A stretch of 51,546 bases of DNA from an uncultured Bdellovibrionales bacterium (GCA_964617535.1 CAZTYU010000005.1:6096-57641); one strand, 5' to 3'; numbered from the stretch's first letter, positions 1 through 9,894 are shown. Numbers and translations: made by a program. The notes: generated from the sequence alone by a model not told the origin.

Positions 1-2395
1 CTTCGAGGAGGCGGCGGACGATCACGTCTTCGATCACATCGCTGATATAGCGGTTAATCGAGCGCGCGCCAAATTCGCGCTCATAACCGTGGGCCACGAC
101 CGCACGGATCGCCTCGGGCGTGAAATTGAGTTTCACTTTCTTTTCCTTGTAGAGCTTGTCAGCGAAGCCCTGAAGCTTCAGCCCCGTGACCTGCTCCATC
201 TCCTCGGGTGTGAGTGAATTGAAGAGGATGACGCCATCGAAACGGTTGAGGAATTCCGGTCGGAACGTCCCCTGCTGGATGATCGAGTTGATGAGATCCT
301 CCTCAATCTCGGCCATCGGGCGACCGGCGTTCGTCGCTTCGTGGATGATACTCGCGCCAGCGTTCGAGGTGGCGATGACGATACAGTTCCGGAAATTCAC
401 CTTGTGACCAAAGCCGTCGGTCACGTAGCCCTCGTCGAGGATCTGGAGGAACAGGTCAAGCGCGCGCGGATAGGCCTTCTCGAGTTCGTCGAGGAGGAGG
501 ATAGAGTACGGATGCTCTTTGACGAGCGTCGTCATGCGGCCCTGGACATTCATCTCGGCGGAACCGATGAGCTCGTCAATCGACTGCGGTGTCTGGAATT
601 CGCTCATATCGAGCCGGATCATGCGATCTTCGTTCCCGAAATAGACATGGGCGAGCGCTTTGGCGGTCTCGGTCTTTCCGACACCGGTCGGCCCCAGAAA
701 CAGGAATGAGCCGATCGGCTTCTTGTCATTGCCGAGACCGGCGCGGGCCTTGCGGAACGCTTCCGCCATCTGCTTGATCGCCTCGGCTTGGCCGATGACA
801 CGCTCGTGGAGGAGAGATTCGAGATTGAGAAGCTTCTGTTTTTCCTCTTCGCTCGCCTCGCCCATCGGAATGCCGGACTTCTCCTCGAGAAAATCCTCGA
901 CGACCGTGCGTTCGATCATCGGGAGGTCAGGATGCTTCTCCCAATAGATGAGCACCTCTTGGGCGAGGTCGATCGCGCGCTCTGGAAACGGCAATTCCCA
1001 ATTGTAGCGCTCTGCGCCATCGACGATCGCGTTGAGCGCTTGGATGGTGAAGACCGGTCGGCTGCGCTCCATCCGCTTGAAGGTATCGATGAGGATGCGG
1101 ATTGTGTCTTCTTTCGATGGCTCGGGCACGGTGATCGCCTCGAAGTATTTGAGCGCCGGGATCTGGCGCTGCCCGAGGGTATGGTAGGCTTCGCCCGTCA
1201 TGAGTCCGATGATCCGGCAGGTCGGCAGCGACAGATAGTCGTTCAAGATATCGCCGACAGCCATGTCGCTCTCGGGATCGAGAAAACGCTCGATGCCCTC
1301 GATGGCCATAACGACGTTGCCGGCATAGACCGCTTCATCGAGGAGTGTGCGCAGCTGACTTTTGGGATCAATCCCCTGAGTCCGGGCGTCCGAAATCGCC
1401 TGCCCCATGTCAAAAATAACGAGCCGCGCTTCATCGATGATTTTGTCTGTGAAACGGTTCTCGCGGATGCGACGGGCAAATGCATGGACAATGGAACGTT
1501 TGCCGATGCCTGGATCGCCGACGAGAAGCGCCGAATTGTCTGTCGGACGAGAGAGGGTCAGCGTGAGCATCTCCATCACTTTTTCCCGGCCGATCGACTC
1601 CTGGCCCATGTAATTGCTGAAATCGTGCTCCGAAAGATCGCTCACATAATGATCGAGATGCGTCGTATAGGCATAGGCCCAGTATTTGCCGATCCGGGTC
1701 GCGCGACAGAGATGATCCCACTCCCAGAAGCGGCTCTCGCGCTCCAGCTCGAGGAAATGTTCGCCTTCGATCTGCCAAGCAGCGTCAAAATGCTCGGGTG
1801 AAATCCGGTTTGCCGTGAGAAACGCTTCGCGCTTTTCCGGCACAGCGATCGTTTCAGCATCCACTTCTTTTGGTGAAAGGCCGAGCCTAAGGAGCGCGCG
1901 ATCCCGCCACGGCGCATGCTCGGGCTCACGCGAGTAATCGGCAGTGCCGCGCAGGTACCGATGCCAGGCGAGCACCGCAATGAGCGTCGCGACTACCGCG
2001 CCGACGAACGACAAGATGCCGACCAGTGTGCCGAACAGCGCGCCGACGACAAAACTGCCGCCGATAAGGAGAAGCGGCGCGATAGCGGCAAACGACGAAA
2101 GCAGGACGACAGCGACCCCCATGAGGATGATCGCGAGAAAGCCTCCGGCGAGCACTACCGACCGGACGATGGCGCCGAGAAAACGGGTGATGAGGTTGTT
2201 CAGGAGCGACTGGGCGAATAGCACCGGATGGAATCCGCGCCAGGTATGAAAACTGATATCACGCTTCCACGGTGAGATAAGCGTGCGCGTGAGTCCTGCT
2301 ACATTGAAACGATGCAGGACATAGCGGACATAGTTCATCGCCACCTTGGCAATGGTGAGAATGCCGATCGAGTAGTACCAAAGGAAAAAATTCAT
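1..2395 (-). CDS. Membrane-anchored ClpA/ClpB-family double AAA+ ATPase (C-terminus lies beyond the window edge)
   Basis: Absent from the ORF track because no stop codon falls in the window. My reverse-strand translation from ATG (2395..2393) stays open to nt 1. It reads MNFFLWYYSIGILT..., with several hydrophobic helices in the first ~150 aa. NBD1-like LLVGDPGIGKRSIVHAFARRI; NBD2 [22 protein letters not shown]; Walker B ILLLDELEKA; [10 protein letters not shown]; GARSINR. The + strand ORFs 341..709 and 788..1801 are antisense shadows. Confidence 0.85.
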   Translation of the reverse strand, partial: MNFFLWYYSIGILTIAKVAMNYVRYVLHRFNVAGLTRTLISPWKRDISFHTWRGFHPVLFAQSLLNNLITRFLGAIVRSVVLAGGFLAIILMGVAVVLLSSFAAIAPLLLIGGSFVVGALFGTLVGILSFVGAVVATLIAVLAWHRYLRGTADYSREPEHAPWRDRALLRLGLSPKEVDAETIAVPEKREAFLTANRISPEHFDAAWQIEGEHFLELERESRFWEWDHLCRATRIGKYWAYAYTTHLDHYVSDLSEHDFSNYMGQESIGREKVMEMLTLTLSRPTDNSALLVGDPGIGKRSIVHAFARRIRENRFTDKIIDEARLVIFDMGQAISDARTQGIDPKSQLRTLLDEAVYAGNVVMAIEGIERFLDPESDMAVGDILNDYLSLPTCRIIGLMTGEAYHTLGQRQIPALKYFEAITVPEPSKEDTIRILIDTFKRMERSRPVFTIQALNAIVDGAERYNWELPFPERAIDLAQEVLIYWEKHPDLPMIERTVVEDFLEEKSGIPMGEASEEEKQKLLNLESLLHERVIGQAEAIKQMAEAFRKARAGLGNDKKPIGSFLFLGPTGVGKTETAKALAHVYFGNEDRMIRLDMSEFQTPQSIDELIGSAEMNVQGRMTTLVKEHPYSILLLDELEKAYPRALDLFLQILDEGYVTDGFGHKVNFRNCIVIATSNAGASIIHEATNAGRPMAEIEEDLINSIIQQGTFRPEFLNRFDGVILFNSLTPEEMEQVTGLKLQGFADKLYKEKKVKLNFTPEAIRAVVAHGYEREFGARSINRYISDVIEDVIVRRLLE

Positions 2396-2460
2396 GCGAG
2401 GCGCATTTCGTGTTTCTTTTTCTTTATCTCCATTGTACCGGTTCGCTGGGCTTTCGTAAA

Positions 2461-2489
2461 TTGAAGTGAGCGCTGTTTTTGCGTATACT
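2461..2489 (+). promoter_or_regulatory. Sigma70-like promoter (TTGAAG-17 nt-TATACT) for the 2501 gene; very short leader
   Basis: TTGAAG at 2461..2466 and TATACT at 2484..2489 with a 17-nt spacer. The ATG is at 2501 and no Shine-Dalgarno is visible. Confidence 0.45.
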
Positions 2490-2500
2490 AGAGCCACTAT

Positions 2501-4243
2501 ATGAAGCCCGTATCCCGACTCTTTGAGACCCCTTGGCTGACCGCTGCCTCTGGGTTCGTCCTCGCTGTGCTCCTCGCGCTCACGCTCGCGCTCTTTGGCT
2601 GGTTTTTCCCGATCCTGACACTCCTCGCAGGACTCTTTCTTTTTGGCGGATTAGTTCTCGCCATCGGTGGCCTCGTGCGCGCCGGTGACCGAACGCGGCT
2701 CGCTGTCATCGGAACACTCGGCCTTCTTGCAGCAGTGATCGCTTGGCAGACCGAACCGACCGTCTTCACCGGACGCGATCAAGGATCCATCGCGCTTGCC
2801 GCTATCGAACTCGCCCAGAACCATGAGCTCGCATTCCGAACGGCCGCTTCTGACGCTTTCTTTGCGATTTACGGACCCGGCCGCGCCCTGAACTTTCCCG
2901 GTTTTGCGTATACCGAAACAGGAGCGCTCATCACCCAGTTCCCGCTCGGCTATATCAGTTATCTCGGACTCTTCGCCAGCTGGTTCGGCACCGCTGGCCT
3001 CATGATCGCAAACGGCATACTCTTCACCCTCTCTGGCTGGACATTCTTCGAGCTCGCACTCCTCTTTGTCACCCGGCGAAATGCGCTCTTTGGCACCGCG
3101 CTCTTTGCGACGTCTTTCCTTCCGATCTGGCTCGCCCAGATAACGCTCACCGAAAACCTCGCGCTCCTCATCTTCCTCGCGATGAGCTACGCACTGGTCC
3201 GATTCGACCGGGATGAGGACTCGCGTTTCCTCCCACTCCTCATTCTCCTCGGATTCCTATTCGCCATGACGCGGATCGAGGGCTTCGTCATCGCCCCCCT
3301 CGCGCTGCTCTATATTCTGTATCGTCCGGCGCTCCGCACACGGCTCCTCGCCCTCCCGAAGCTCTGGGCGATCGGTACGCTGCTCTTTCTCGGTTTTCTC
3401 CTCCTCCGCGATCTCTTCATGAATCTGCCGTTCTACACGATGATCGGCAAGGCAGCATTGAAATACTGGCACGAGGTGAGCTCCGCGACTGGCAATGCGT
3501 CCGACGAGCCGAGTCTCGGGACAGTCCTTGTTTCCTACGGACTTTTCGCTGTTTTCCTCGGCGGCATCGCCAGCCTTGCTTTCGGCATCATGAAACGCCG
3601 CTTCGCCCTCCTCATCCCGGTCCTGCTCGCGCTCCCGACATTCATCTACCTTGTGAACGGCCATATCTCCGATGATCACCCATGGCTTCTCCGGCGGTAT
3701 GCGTTCACACTGCTGCCGCTTCTCCTCCTCGCAACGGTCGTACTCTGGCAGTCCATAGAGGAAACCCTTCGCACCGAGCGGCAGCGTCTTTTCAGTTTCT
3801 TTGCTTTCGGACTCCTTTTCATCATCCAGATCACTCCGAGCATCACCGCGCTCAGGACGATCGAGTATGACACGCTGCACAAACAGGCGAGCGGATTCGC
3901 CGCCCGTTTTGATAGTCGCGACCTCATTCTCATCGACCGGAGTGTGACGGGCGATCCCTTCGCGATGATCGCCGGACCGCTCATGAGTCTCGATGGGAAA
4001 AACGCCGTCTATTTCTTCAATCCCGAAGACTACGCCCGGCTCGACCGCTCCCCGTTCGACCATGTCTATCTCCTGGCGACCGAAGACAGTCTCGGCCGGT
4101 ATGCGGACGCCCTCGGGAACGACCTCCTCCCTGTCGAAGTCGTATCTTTCTCGCATCCGACCCTCGCCGCGGCCGCGCCCTACCGCTTCCCGATCGCTTC
4201 GGATGTGACGAGCGACGCCATTCTCTTTGAGATAACCAGATAG
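2501..4243 (+). CDS. Polytopic membrane protein, possibly a GT-C type (GT39/ArnT-like) glycosyltransferase
   Basis: 580-aa ORF with at least 12 hydrophobic segments followed by a soluble C-terminal ~130 aa. It sits near a GT4 gene. The functional call rests on architecture only; I recognised no catalytic motif. Confidence 0.55.
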   Translation: MKPVSRLFETPWLTAASGFVLAVLLALTLALFGWFFPILTLLAGLFLFGGLVLAIGGLVRAGDRTRLAVIGTLGLLAAVIAWQTEPTVFTGRDQGSIALAAIELAQNHELAFRTAASDAFFAIYGPGRALNFPGFAYTETGALITQFPLGYISYLGLFASWFGTAGLMIANGILFTLSGWTFFELALLFVTRRNALFGTALFATSFLPIWLAQITLTENLALLIFLAMSYALVRFDRDEDSRFLPLLILLGFLFAMTRIEGFVIAPLALLYILYRPALRTRLLALPKLWAIGTLLFLGFLLLRDLFMNLPFYTMIGKAALKYWHEVSSATGNASDEPSLGTVLVSYGLFAVFLGGIASLAFGIMKRRFALLIPVLLALPTFIYLVNGHISDDHPWLLRRYAFTLLPLLLLATVVLWQSIEETLRTERQRLFSFFAFGLLFIIQITPSITALRTIEYDTLHKQASGFAARFDSRDLILIDRSVTGDPFAMIAGPLMSLDGKNAVYFFNPEDYARLDRSPFDHVYLLATEDSLGRYADALGNDLLPVEVVSFSHPTLAAAAPYRFPIASDVTSDAILFEITR

Positions 4244-4246
4244 TCT

Positions 4247-5404
4247 ATGCAGCCGCCCTTCGCTCCTATCCCGAGCCACCTCAATCCCCTCTACCGGAAG
4301 CTCCGCATCACGCTCTGGATCGTCCTTGCGCTTGCCGGCACAGCTATCACGTACCGCTTCCTCTTTCCGACGATTCTGACAAGCTTTGACTTCCGGAATC
4401 CAAAATCGAGCCGGAACCAGATCTTCGACCCGCGCTCCGAAACCGGTACGCTACGGACAAATGGAAAGCTCGAAACCGGCGGGACGCTCATTGCCAATAC
4501 GAGTCCCCTCGGAGACTTCTCCCGTCTTTCCATCGGCATCGATCTCGAGAAACGATCTGAATCGCCGAGCCGCATCGCCGTTAGCGTTAGAAAAAATTAC
4601 CGCGCATTCCTCTACCCCGTGGGTGAGGCCATCGCCGATTTTCCTGCCGCCGAGCTCTACCGCGCAAACAGTATCCCGTACCTCCTTCGGGATGGTCGTC
4701 TCCATCCTTTCGTGAGCGAAGCCGCGCTGCTCTCACGCTACCCGGCCGACATGGTGCGCGAAGTCTCGGACGAATTCCTCGCCCGCTATCCAATTAGTAC
4801 CGATTTCGTCGGTTTCCGCGTCGGCAGCCTCATCTCTTTTGCGGACGGCGTTTACATCGTGACGAGCGAGACCGAAATCCGGCCGATCGGCAGCGCTGAA
4901 ATCTTCCTCGCACTAGGATTCGACTTCGCCGATGTTGTTCCGGTCAGCGAGGAAGACCTGGGGATCTACAAGCGCGGCCGCATCTTCCTCATGGGTGTGC
5001 CGCATCCGGATGGTACTCTTTTCGAAGACCGCGAGAGTCGCCAACTCTACCTCGTCGATAACGGCTTCCGCCGGCCGGTTGCCCCGGGCCGATACCACGA
5101 TTTCCTCCGCGAAAGAATACACCCGATCCTCGCCACAGGTAGCGACGATCAGCAGCTGGCTGAATGTGACGCGATGGCTGGACTTCTGCCCCGCGCGCTC
5201 GGTTGCGACATCGATCTCGAAGGTCTTGCTGGATCGATCGGGCCCGACTATGAAGTCCGTCTCTCGATGAACGACGTTGATATCGATATCGCCAGCTTGT
5301 CGCTCGCCTTTAGTACCCGCCTTGATATCGCCAATGCGGAAACGCTCGCTGCTAAAGTAAAGGCGCGTATCCTTGCTCGCTTCGGACTGGTCACCTCACG
5401 CTAA
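4247..5404 (+). CDS. Hypothetical protein with an N-terminal membrane anchor
   Basis: 385-aa ORF starting 4 nt after the previous stop. It has one TM helix (ITLWIVLALAGTAITYRFLF) and a non-repetitive, globular-looking remainder. No family recognised. Confidence 0.65.
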   Translation: MQPPFAPIPSHLNPLYRKLRITLWIVLALAGTAITYRFLFPTILTSFDFRNPKSSRNQIFDPRSETGTLRTNGKLETGGTLIANTSPLGDFSRLSIGIDLEKRSESPSRIAVSVRKNYRAFLYPVGEAIADFPAAELYRANSIPYLLRDGRLHPFVSEAALLSRYPADMVREVSDEFLARYPISTDFVGFRVGSLISFADGVYIVTSETEIRPIGSAEIFLALGFDFADVVPVSEEDLGIYKRGRIFLMGVPHPDGTLFEDRESRQLYLVDNGFRRPVAPGRYHDFLRERIHPILATGSDDQQLAECDAMAGLLPRALGCDIDLEGLAGSIGPDYEVRLSMNDVDIDIASLSLAFSTRLDIANAETLAAKVKARILARFGLVTSR

Positions 5405-5817
5405 TGCCTATGCATCCGAAAATCGAAACAATCATCACTCGAGAAAAAGAAAACGGCCGGCTTGCGGTCGCTGCGAACCTGCTTTTCGATATCGTCTTTG
5501 CGGGCTGGATCGCATTTGCCGGACTGTACGCTCTCGAAGTCCTGCTCCCGACATTCGTCATGGCCCGGCTCTCACTCGTGAAATTCGCGCTTCTCCTTCT
5601 TATTTTGACGAGCCTCCTCGTCTGGCTTGGCAAGACGCTCGAGATAAAAACAGCTGCTACCGCTAACAGAAAACTCTCTCGCCCATTCCTCATCTCGCTC
5701 ACGCTTATCAGCGCCGGTATCATCGCGCTCGCCCACTATCGCTTTCCCTGGTGGAGCATCCCCGTGGCGGTCCTGGGCTACGGGCTCGTCCTCCGGCTTT
5801 TCATGCGAGACAAATAG
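5404..5817 (+). CDS. Small integral membrane protein (4 predicted TM helices)
   Basis: 137-aa ORF with a TAATG stop/start overlap with the upstream gene. Hydrophobic segments run throughout. Confidence 0.6.
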   Translation: MPMHPKIETIITREKENGRLAVAANLLFDIVFAGWIAFAGLYALEVLLPTFVMARLSLVKFALLLLILTSLLVWLGKTLEIKTAATANRKLSRPFLISLTLISAGIIALAHYRFPWWSIPVAVLGYGLVLRLFMRDK

Positions 5818-5825
5818 TCACTGCG

Positions 5826-6941
5826 CTACCGGAGGATAATCTCGAGCGTTTCTCGTGCTGTCTTATCCCAAGAGAATCGCTTGAGTTCTACCGTTGACCG
5901 ATCAATACAGGTCTGACGCAGCGTTTCGTCGAGCCAGAGCGCTTTGAGTTTTTCAGCAATCGAATCCCGATCCAAAGCATCGACATAGACCGCTCCTTCG
6001 CCCGCCACTTCGCGGAGACTCGAATTGTCCGCTGTCAGGACAGGTACGCCCGAAGCGAACGCCTCCAGAATCGGCAGCCCGAAACCCTCGTAGAGCGATG
6101 GGAAAGCAAACAGCCGCGCACCCTGGTAGAGCGCGCGAAGATCGGCGAAGCTCACCCTCCCCGTCAGAACGATGTCATTTTTGTACCGGCTCGCTTCCCG
6201 AGCCGCGAGGATTCCATCTGAAAGCCAGGCTGGCTCGCCGGCGAGTACGAGGCGCATCTCAGGAATCACTTCCTTTACCGCATTGAATGCTTCGATAAGA
6301 CGAACGAGGTTTTTGCGCGGTTGAAGGGCTCCGACATAGAGAGCGTAGCTTCCTCTCTGGAGCGCATGACGCCGGAGCGTTTCATCAATCTCCTCGTGAG
6401 AGAGCCTCGCGCCGAAAAAATCTGCATCGAAACCATGGTGCACGACATGAACCTGCTTTTCGTCGAGCGACGGGAAAAACTCGAGGAGATCATGCTTCGT
6501 CGATTCCGATACTGCGATAAGCCGGTCAGCCTGCCGAACGGCCGTTTCGAGCATGAAATTCAGTTTCCAGAGATGGCTCTTCGGAAAAGTCTCCGGAAAA
6601 CGCCGGAATGCGAGGTCATGGATCGTTGCGGTCACGATCATGCCACGCGGTAAAACGACTGGTGCCGCCTGAATCGGCAGAAAAAGCCGGTCGGGATGGC
6701 TGCGGAGCATCTCCCACGCGAACCGGGTCTGCATCCAGGCATAGGGAAACGGCAACGATACCTCGCTGTAATTTGCGAGTTTCGGCGGCGCGAGAGCCGG
6801 ATTGAAATTCCCCTTGTGGTAGAGAAGGAAATCCGTCGCGGGCGAAAGCGCGCCAAAGCGCTTCAAAAGCTCGGCGACATAGACCCTCGTCCCGTCTATG
6901 CGGGCATGATCGAGATCGCTCGCTTGGATGGCGAGTTTCAT
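5826..6941 (-). CDS. Glycosyltransferase family 4 (GT-B, group 1)
   Basis: 371 aa. It has the C-terminal GT1/GT4 signature ...FAFPSLYEGFGLPILEAFASGVPVLTADNSSLREV... Its start overlaps the ispH stop by 4 nt. Confidence 0.9.
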   Translation of the reverse strand: MKLAIQASDLDHARIDGTRVYVAELLKRFGALSPATDFLLYHKGNFNPALAPPKLANYSEVSLPFPYAWMQTRFAWEMLRSHPDRLFLPIQAAPVVLPRGMIVTATIHDLAFRRFPETFPKSHLWKLNFMLETAVRQADRLIAVSESTKHDLLEFFPSLDEKQVHVVHHGFDADFFGARLSHEEIDETLRRHALQRGSYALYVGALQPRKNLVRLIEAFNAVKEVIPEMRLVLAGEPAWLSDGILAAREASRYKNDIVLTGRVSFADLRALYQGARLFAFPSLYEGFGLPILEAFASGVPVLTADNSSLREVAGEGAVYVDALDRDSIAEKLKALWLDETLRQTCIDRSTVELKRFSWDKTARETLEIILR

Positions 6942-7897
6942 ACGGAGGTTGCCCGCTCGCGCCGGACTTGCATGAGCTCGACCGGCTCGGCAAAGAACAT
7001 TTTCTCCTCTTTGACGGAAAAACGCTCGACCGACGCACCCGCGGAACGAAAATGCGCGATCACTTCTTGGATGCGATCTTCGGGCGCGCTCGCTCCACCG
7101 GTCACCCCGACGATTGATACGCTATCAAACCACTCCTCTCGAAGATCGGAAATGTCGTCGACCAGGTATGCGCGCGCACCGGCACGCTCCGCCGTCTCGC
7201 GCAAACGATTCGAGTTCGATGACGTGAGCGATCCGACGACGATGACGACCGGCACCGTAGCCGCGAGCGCCTTCACTGCTTCCTGACGATTGGTCGTCGC
7301 GTAGCAGATGTCTTCGAGCGGCGGCGCCGTGATATTCGGATATTTCTCCTTCAGGGCGAGAATCGTCTCACGGGTCTCATCGATCGAGAGCGTCGTCTGC
7401 GTTAGGTAGACCATTTTTTCTGACGCCGGAAAGTCGAGCGCCGCCACATCGGCCGCCGTCTCGACGAGCGGGATATCCGCGCCTGGCACCTCGCCGAGGA
7501 CACCGACGCCTTCGATATGGCCAGGGTGACCGATGTAGATGATTGCATAGCCCTCCTTGATGAAGCGCAGCACCTCGAGGTGTACCTTGGTAACGAGCGG
7601 ACAAGTCGCATCGATAAGACGAAGCTTGCGACGCGCCGCCTCCTCATAGTGGCTCTTTGGTGATCCATGGGCCGAAAAGACTACGACCGATCCCTCAGGA
7701 ACGTCGCGCAGTTCCTCGACGGTGATCGCGCCCTTTTTCGTGATCCCATCGACGACGTGCTTATTGTGGACTATTTCGTGCTTCACATAGACCGGCGCCC
7801 CGAAAAGCTCGAGCGTGTCTTCGACCGCCTTCACGGCCCGCGCCACACCGGCGCAGAAACCATGCGGCTCGGCGATGAGGACTTTTTGGATCGCCAT
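6938..7897 (-). CDS. ispH: 4-hydroxy-3-methylbut-2-enyl diphosphate reductase
   Basis: 319 aa. Contains N-terminal PHGFCAGVARAVKAVE, HEIVHN, ATCPLVTKVH and a conserved SSNSNRL motif. These are typical LytB/IspH motifs. Confidence 0.93.
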   Translation of the reverse strand: MAIQKVLIAEPHGFCAGVARAVKAVEDTLELFGAPVYVKHEIVHNKHVVDGITKKGAITVEELRDVPEGSVVVFSAHGSPKSHYEEAARRKLRLIDATCPLVTKVHLEVLRFIKEGYAIIYIGHPGHIEGVGVLGEVPGADIPLVETAADVAALDFPASEKMVYLTQTTLSIDETRETILALKEKYPNITAPPLEDICYATTNRQEAVKALAATVPVVIVVGSLTSSNSNRLRETAERAGARAYLVDDISDLREEWFDSVSIVGVTGGASAPEDRIQEVIAHFRSAGASVERFSVKEEKMFFAEPVELMQVRRERATSV

Positions 7898-7900
7898 AGT

Positions 7901-8629
7901 CTAGTCCTTGATGAGCGTGCCGACGAATTTCTTGCCGGCGATGTACCGCGTGACATTGCCGAGATCGCCACCATTCATGATCGCGACTTCCATCGATTCC
8001 TTTTCTGCCATCGCGCTCGCGATCGGATCGAATGGAACATTCATTCCTGGATTCCACTTGTTCCCGATGATCCTGCGGAATTTCTTCCATGTCAGGGAAT
8101 CAAACGGTTCTGCATCGCTATGGGTATGCGGATCCTTGTCGTACACGCGTTCGATATTGGAGAGGTTGATGATGCGCTTCACGCCGAGATACTTGCCGAG
8201 CACCACCGCATCGAAATCAGTCGAGAATCCGGGACGCCAACCGGCCGCAACGAGAATCGGTTCCGGTGCCGAATAGAAATCTTCGAGATCATGCGGATTG
8301 GTATTGATCCTCGGGTGCGCGTACTCGCGAAAGATGGTCCGGACGAGATGCGCGTTCATGCGCGTCGCATGGATACCGAGCCAGTCGCGATCCTCATCAT
8401 TGATTTTTGTCACGACGGCCGCCGACTCGATGTACTTCCGCGCCGTGCGACCGCCGCCCGTCACGAGGATAAACCGGTACCCCTTCCGGATATGGCTCAC
8501 GATGAACTTCTTGAAATTCGAGACGAACACATCATCGATCGACTCCGGCACGAGAAGCGAACCACCGAGCGAGATGATGATCCGTTCCTTGGCGGCAGCT
8601 TTCTTATTGGTTTTCTTTGATGTCGGCAT
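7901..8629 (-). CDS. pyrH: UMP kinase, archaeal-type (amino-acid kinase fold)
   Basis: IIISLGGSLLVPE...VTGGGRTARKYI...GIHATRMNAHL...GWRPGFSTDFDAVVLG...ERVYDKDP resembles archaeal PyrH (e.g. the Pyrococcus type). The track start at 8650 is GTG. I prefer the ATG at 8629 (MPTSKK), which overlaps the proS 3' end by 26 nt. Confidence 0.82.
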   Translation of the reverse strand: MPTSKKTNKKAAAKERIIISLGGSLLVPESIDDVFVSNFKKFIVSHIRKGYRFILVTGGGRTARKYIESAAVVTKINDEDRDWLGIHATRMNAHLVRTIFREYAHPRINTNPHDLEDFYSAPEPILVAAGWRPGFSTDFDAVVLGKYLGVKRIINLSNIERVYDKDPHTHSDAEPFDSLTWKKFRRIIGNKWNPGMNVPFDPIASAMAEKESMEVAIMNGGDLGNVTRYIAGKKFVGTLIKD

Positions 8630-9869
8630 AGCGAGTTTTGATAGCAGCACTCAGTTGATTAAATGGGACCGATTCGGCCGCCTCTTCTGTCCGGCCCTTG
8701 AGCTCGGCGGTACCGCTCTCAAGCGTTCGCTTGCCGATGACGATCCGATACGGGATGCCGAGGAGATCGGATTCGGCGAACTTTTCCCCGGCGCTCGCAT
8801 CACGATCGTCGTAGAGTACTTCGATACCGTCCGCCATGAGCGCTGCGTAGATCTCGCCAGCCTTTTCATCTGCACCAAGCGAGAGGAGATGGACCTGGAA
8901 TGGAGCGACAGCTTTCGGCCAGACGAGCCCGCGTTCATCGGCGAGCACCTCGACGATCGTCCCGAGGAGGCGGGTCGGACCGATGCCGTAGCAACCCATC
9001 ACAACCGGACGCATTTCGCCCGCCTCGTCCTTGTACGTAAGACCGAGCGGTTCGGAAAATTTGGTTCCGAGATGAAAGATGTTACCGACTTCAATCGATT
9101 TCTTTTCCACGAGATCGCTGCGCTCCACGCCGAGCTCGACGAGCGTCTCGTCGTTCAGGACTTCTTGATTGAGGGCGATCCCCTTTCGCTCATCGACATA
9201 GAGGATGTCCTCGCCCGCATCAGAAACGGTCTGAAACTCCTCGGAGAAGCGAGCAAAGATACTGCCTGAAGCGAATGCCGCATACGTCCTGTCCCCGATA
9301 CCCAGCCGACGGAATATCCGGATGTACGCCTCGCGAACGGCAGCGTAGGATTTCTGATGCTCCTCGTCATTTCGATCGAATGTATACAGGTCCTTCATGA
9401 GGAACTCCTTGCCGCGCATGACTCCGCTCTTGGCCCGGAGCTCATTCCGAAACTTCGTCTGGAACTGGTACACGGATTTCGGCAAGTCGCGATAGGATGC
9501 GATGTGGTTCTTCATCATGTTCGTCACCGGCTCCTCGTGCGTGATCCCGAGCCCGGTCTCGCCGCCCGATTTGAACTCTGTCTTGAACCAGTTATCGACT
9601 TTCGCATCATCCCAACGGTCAGTTTTCTGCCAAAGCTGCTTGTCCTGAAGCGCAGGCATGAGGATCTCGTTCCCGCCGATCGCGTTCATCTCTTCGCGGA
9701 TGATGCCGATGATCTTGTCGAGCGTCCGAAGCCCGAGCGTCAGATAGCTATAGACGCCGGCCAGCTCCTTATGGACATAGCCAGCACGGATGAGGAGCGA
9801 GGCATTCTTGCTGACCTCGTCGGAGGGCGCGGTCTTGGATGTCTTCGTAAAGAGAGTCGATTGGCGCAT
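8604..9869 (-). CDS. proS: Prolyl-tRNA synthetase, short bacterial form without the INS editing domain
   Basis: 421 aa. Contains N-terminal MRQSTLFTKT..LLIRAGYVHKELAGVYSYLTLGLR, class II motif 2 FRNELRAKSGVMRGKEFLMKDLYTF, and a C-terminal anticodon-binding domain (VAPFQVHLLSLG...GIPYRIVIGKR). Confidence 0.92.
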   Translation of the reverse strand: MRQSTLFTKTSKTAPSDEVSKNASLLIRAGYVHKELAGVYSYLTLGLRTLDKIIGIIREEMNAIGGNEILMPALQDKQLWQKTDRWDDAKVDNWFKTEFKSGGETGLGITHEEPVTNMMKNHIASYRDLPKSVYQFQTKFRNELRAKSGVMRGKEFLMKDLYTFDRNDEEHQKSYAAVREAYIRIFRRLGIGDRTYAAFASGSIFARFSEEFQTVSDAGEDILYVDERKGIALNQEVLNDETLVELGVERSDLVEKKSIEVGNIFHLGTKFSEPLGLTYKDEAGEMRPVVMGCYGIGPTRLLGTIVEVLADERGLVWPKAVAPFQVHLLSLGADEKAGEIYAALMADGIEVLYDDRDASAGEKFAESDLLGIPYRIVIGKRTLESGTAELKGRTEEAAESVPFNQLSAAIKTRYADIKENQ

Positions 9870-9894
9870 ACGGGCAAGCGTGATTATTTCCTGT

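Noticed and set aside
788-1801. 337-aa + strand ORF, plus neighbours 341..709 and 660..947
   Set aside because: They lie antisense to a clearly recognisable ClpA/B-type ATPase. Their composition is Arg/Asp/Glu/His-rich and shows no motifs, so they are typical high-GC shadow ORFs.
7667-8620. 317-aa + strand ORF across ispH/pyrH, and similar long antisense ORFs: 3257..4279(-), 8298..9269(+), 14732..15874(+), 15998..17176(+), 24972..25859(-), 30566..31567(+), 32615..33235(+)
   Set aside because: Each overlaps a gene with unambiguous family motifs on the other strand. Their translations are low-complexity R/E/D-rich strings starting from alternative start codons.
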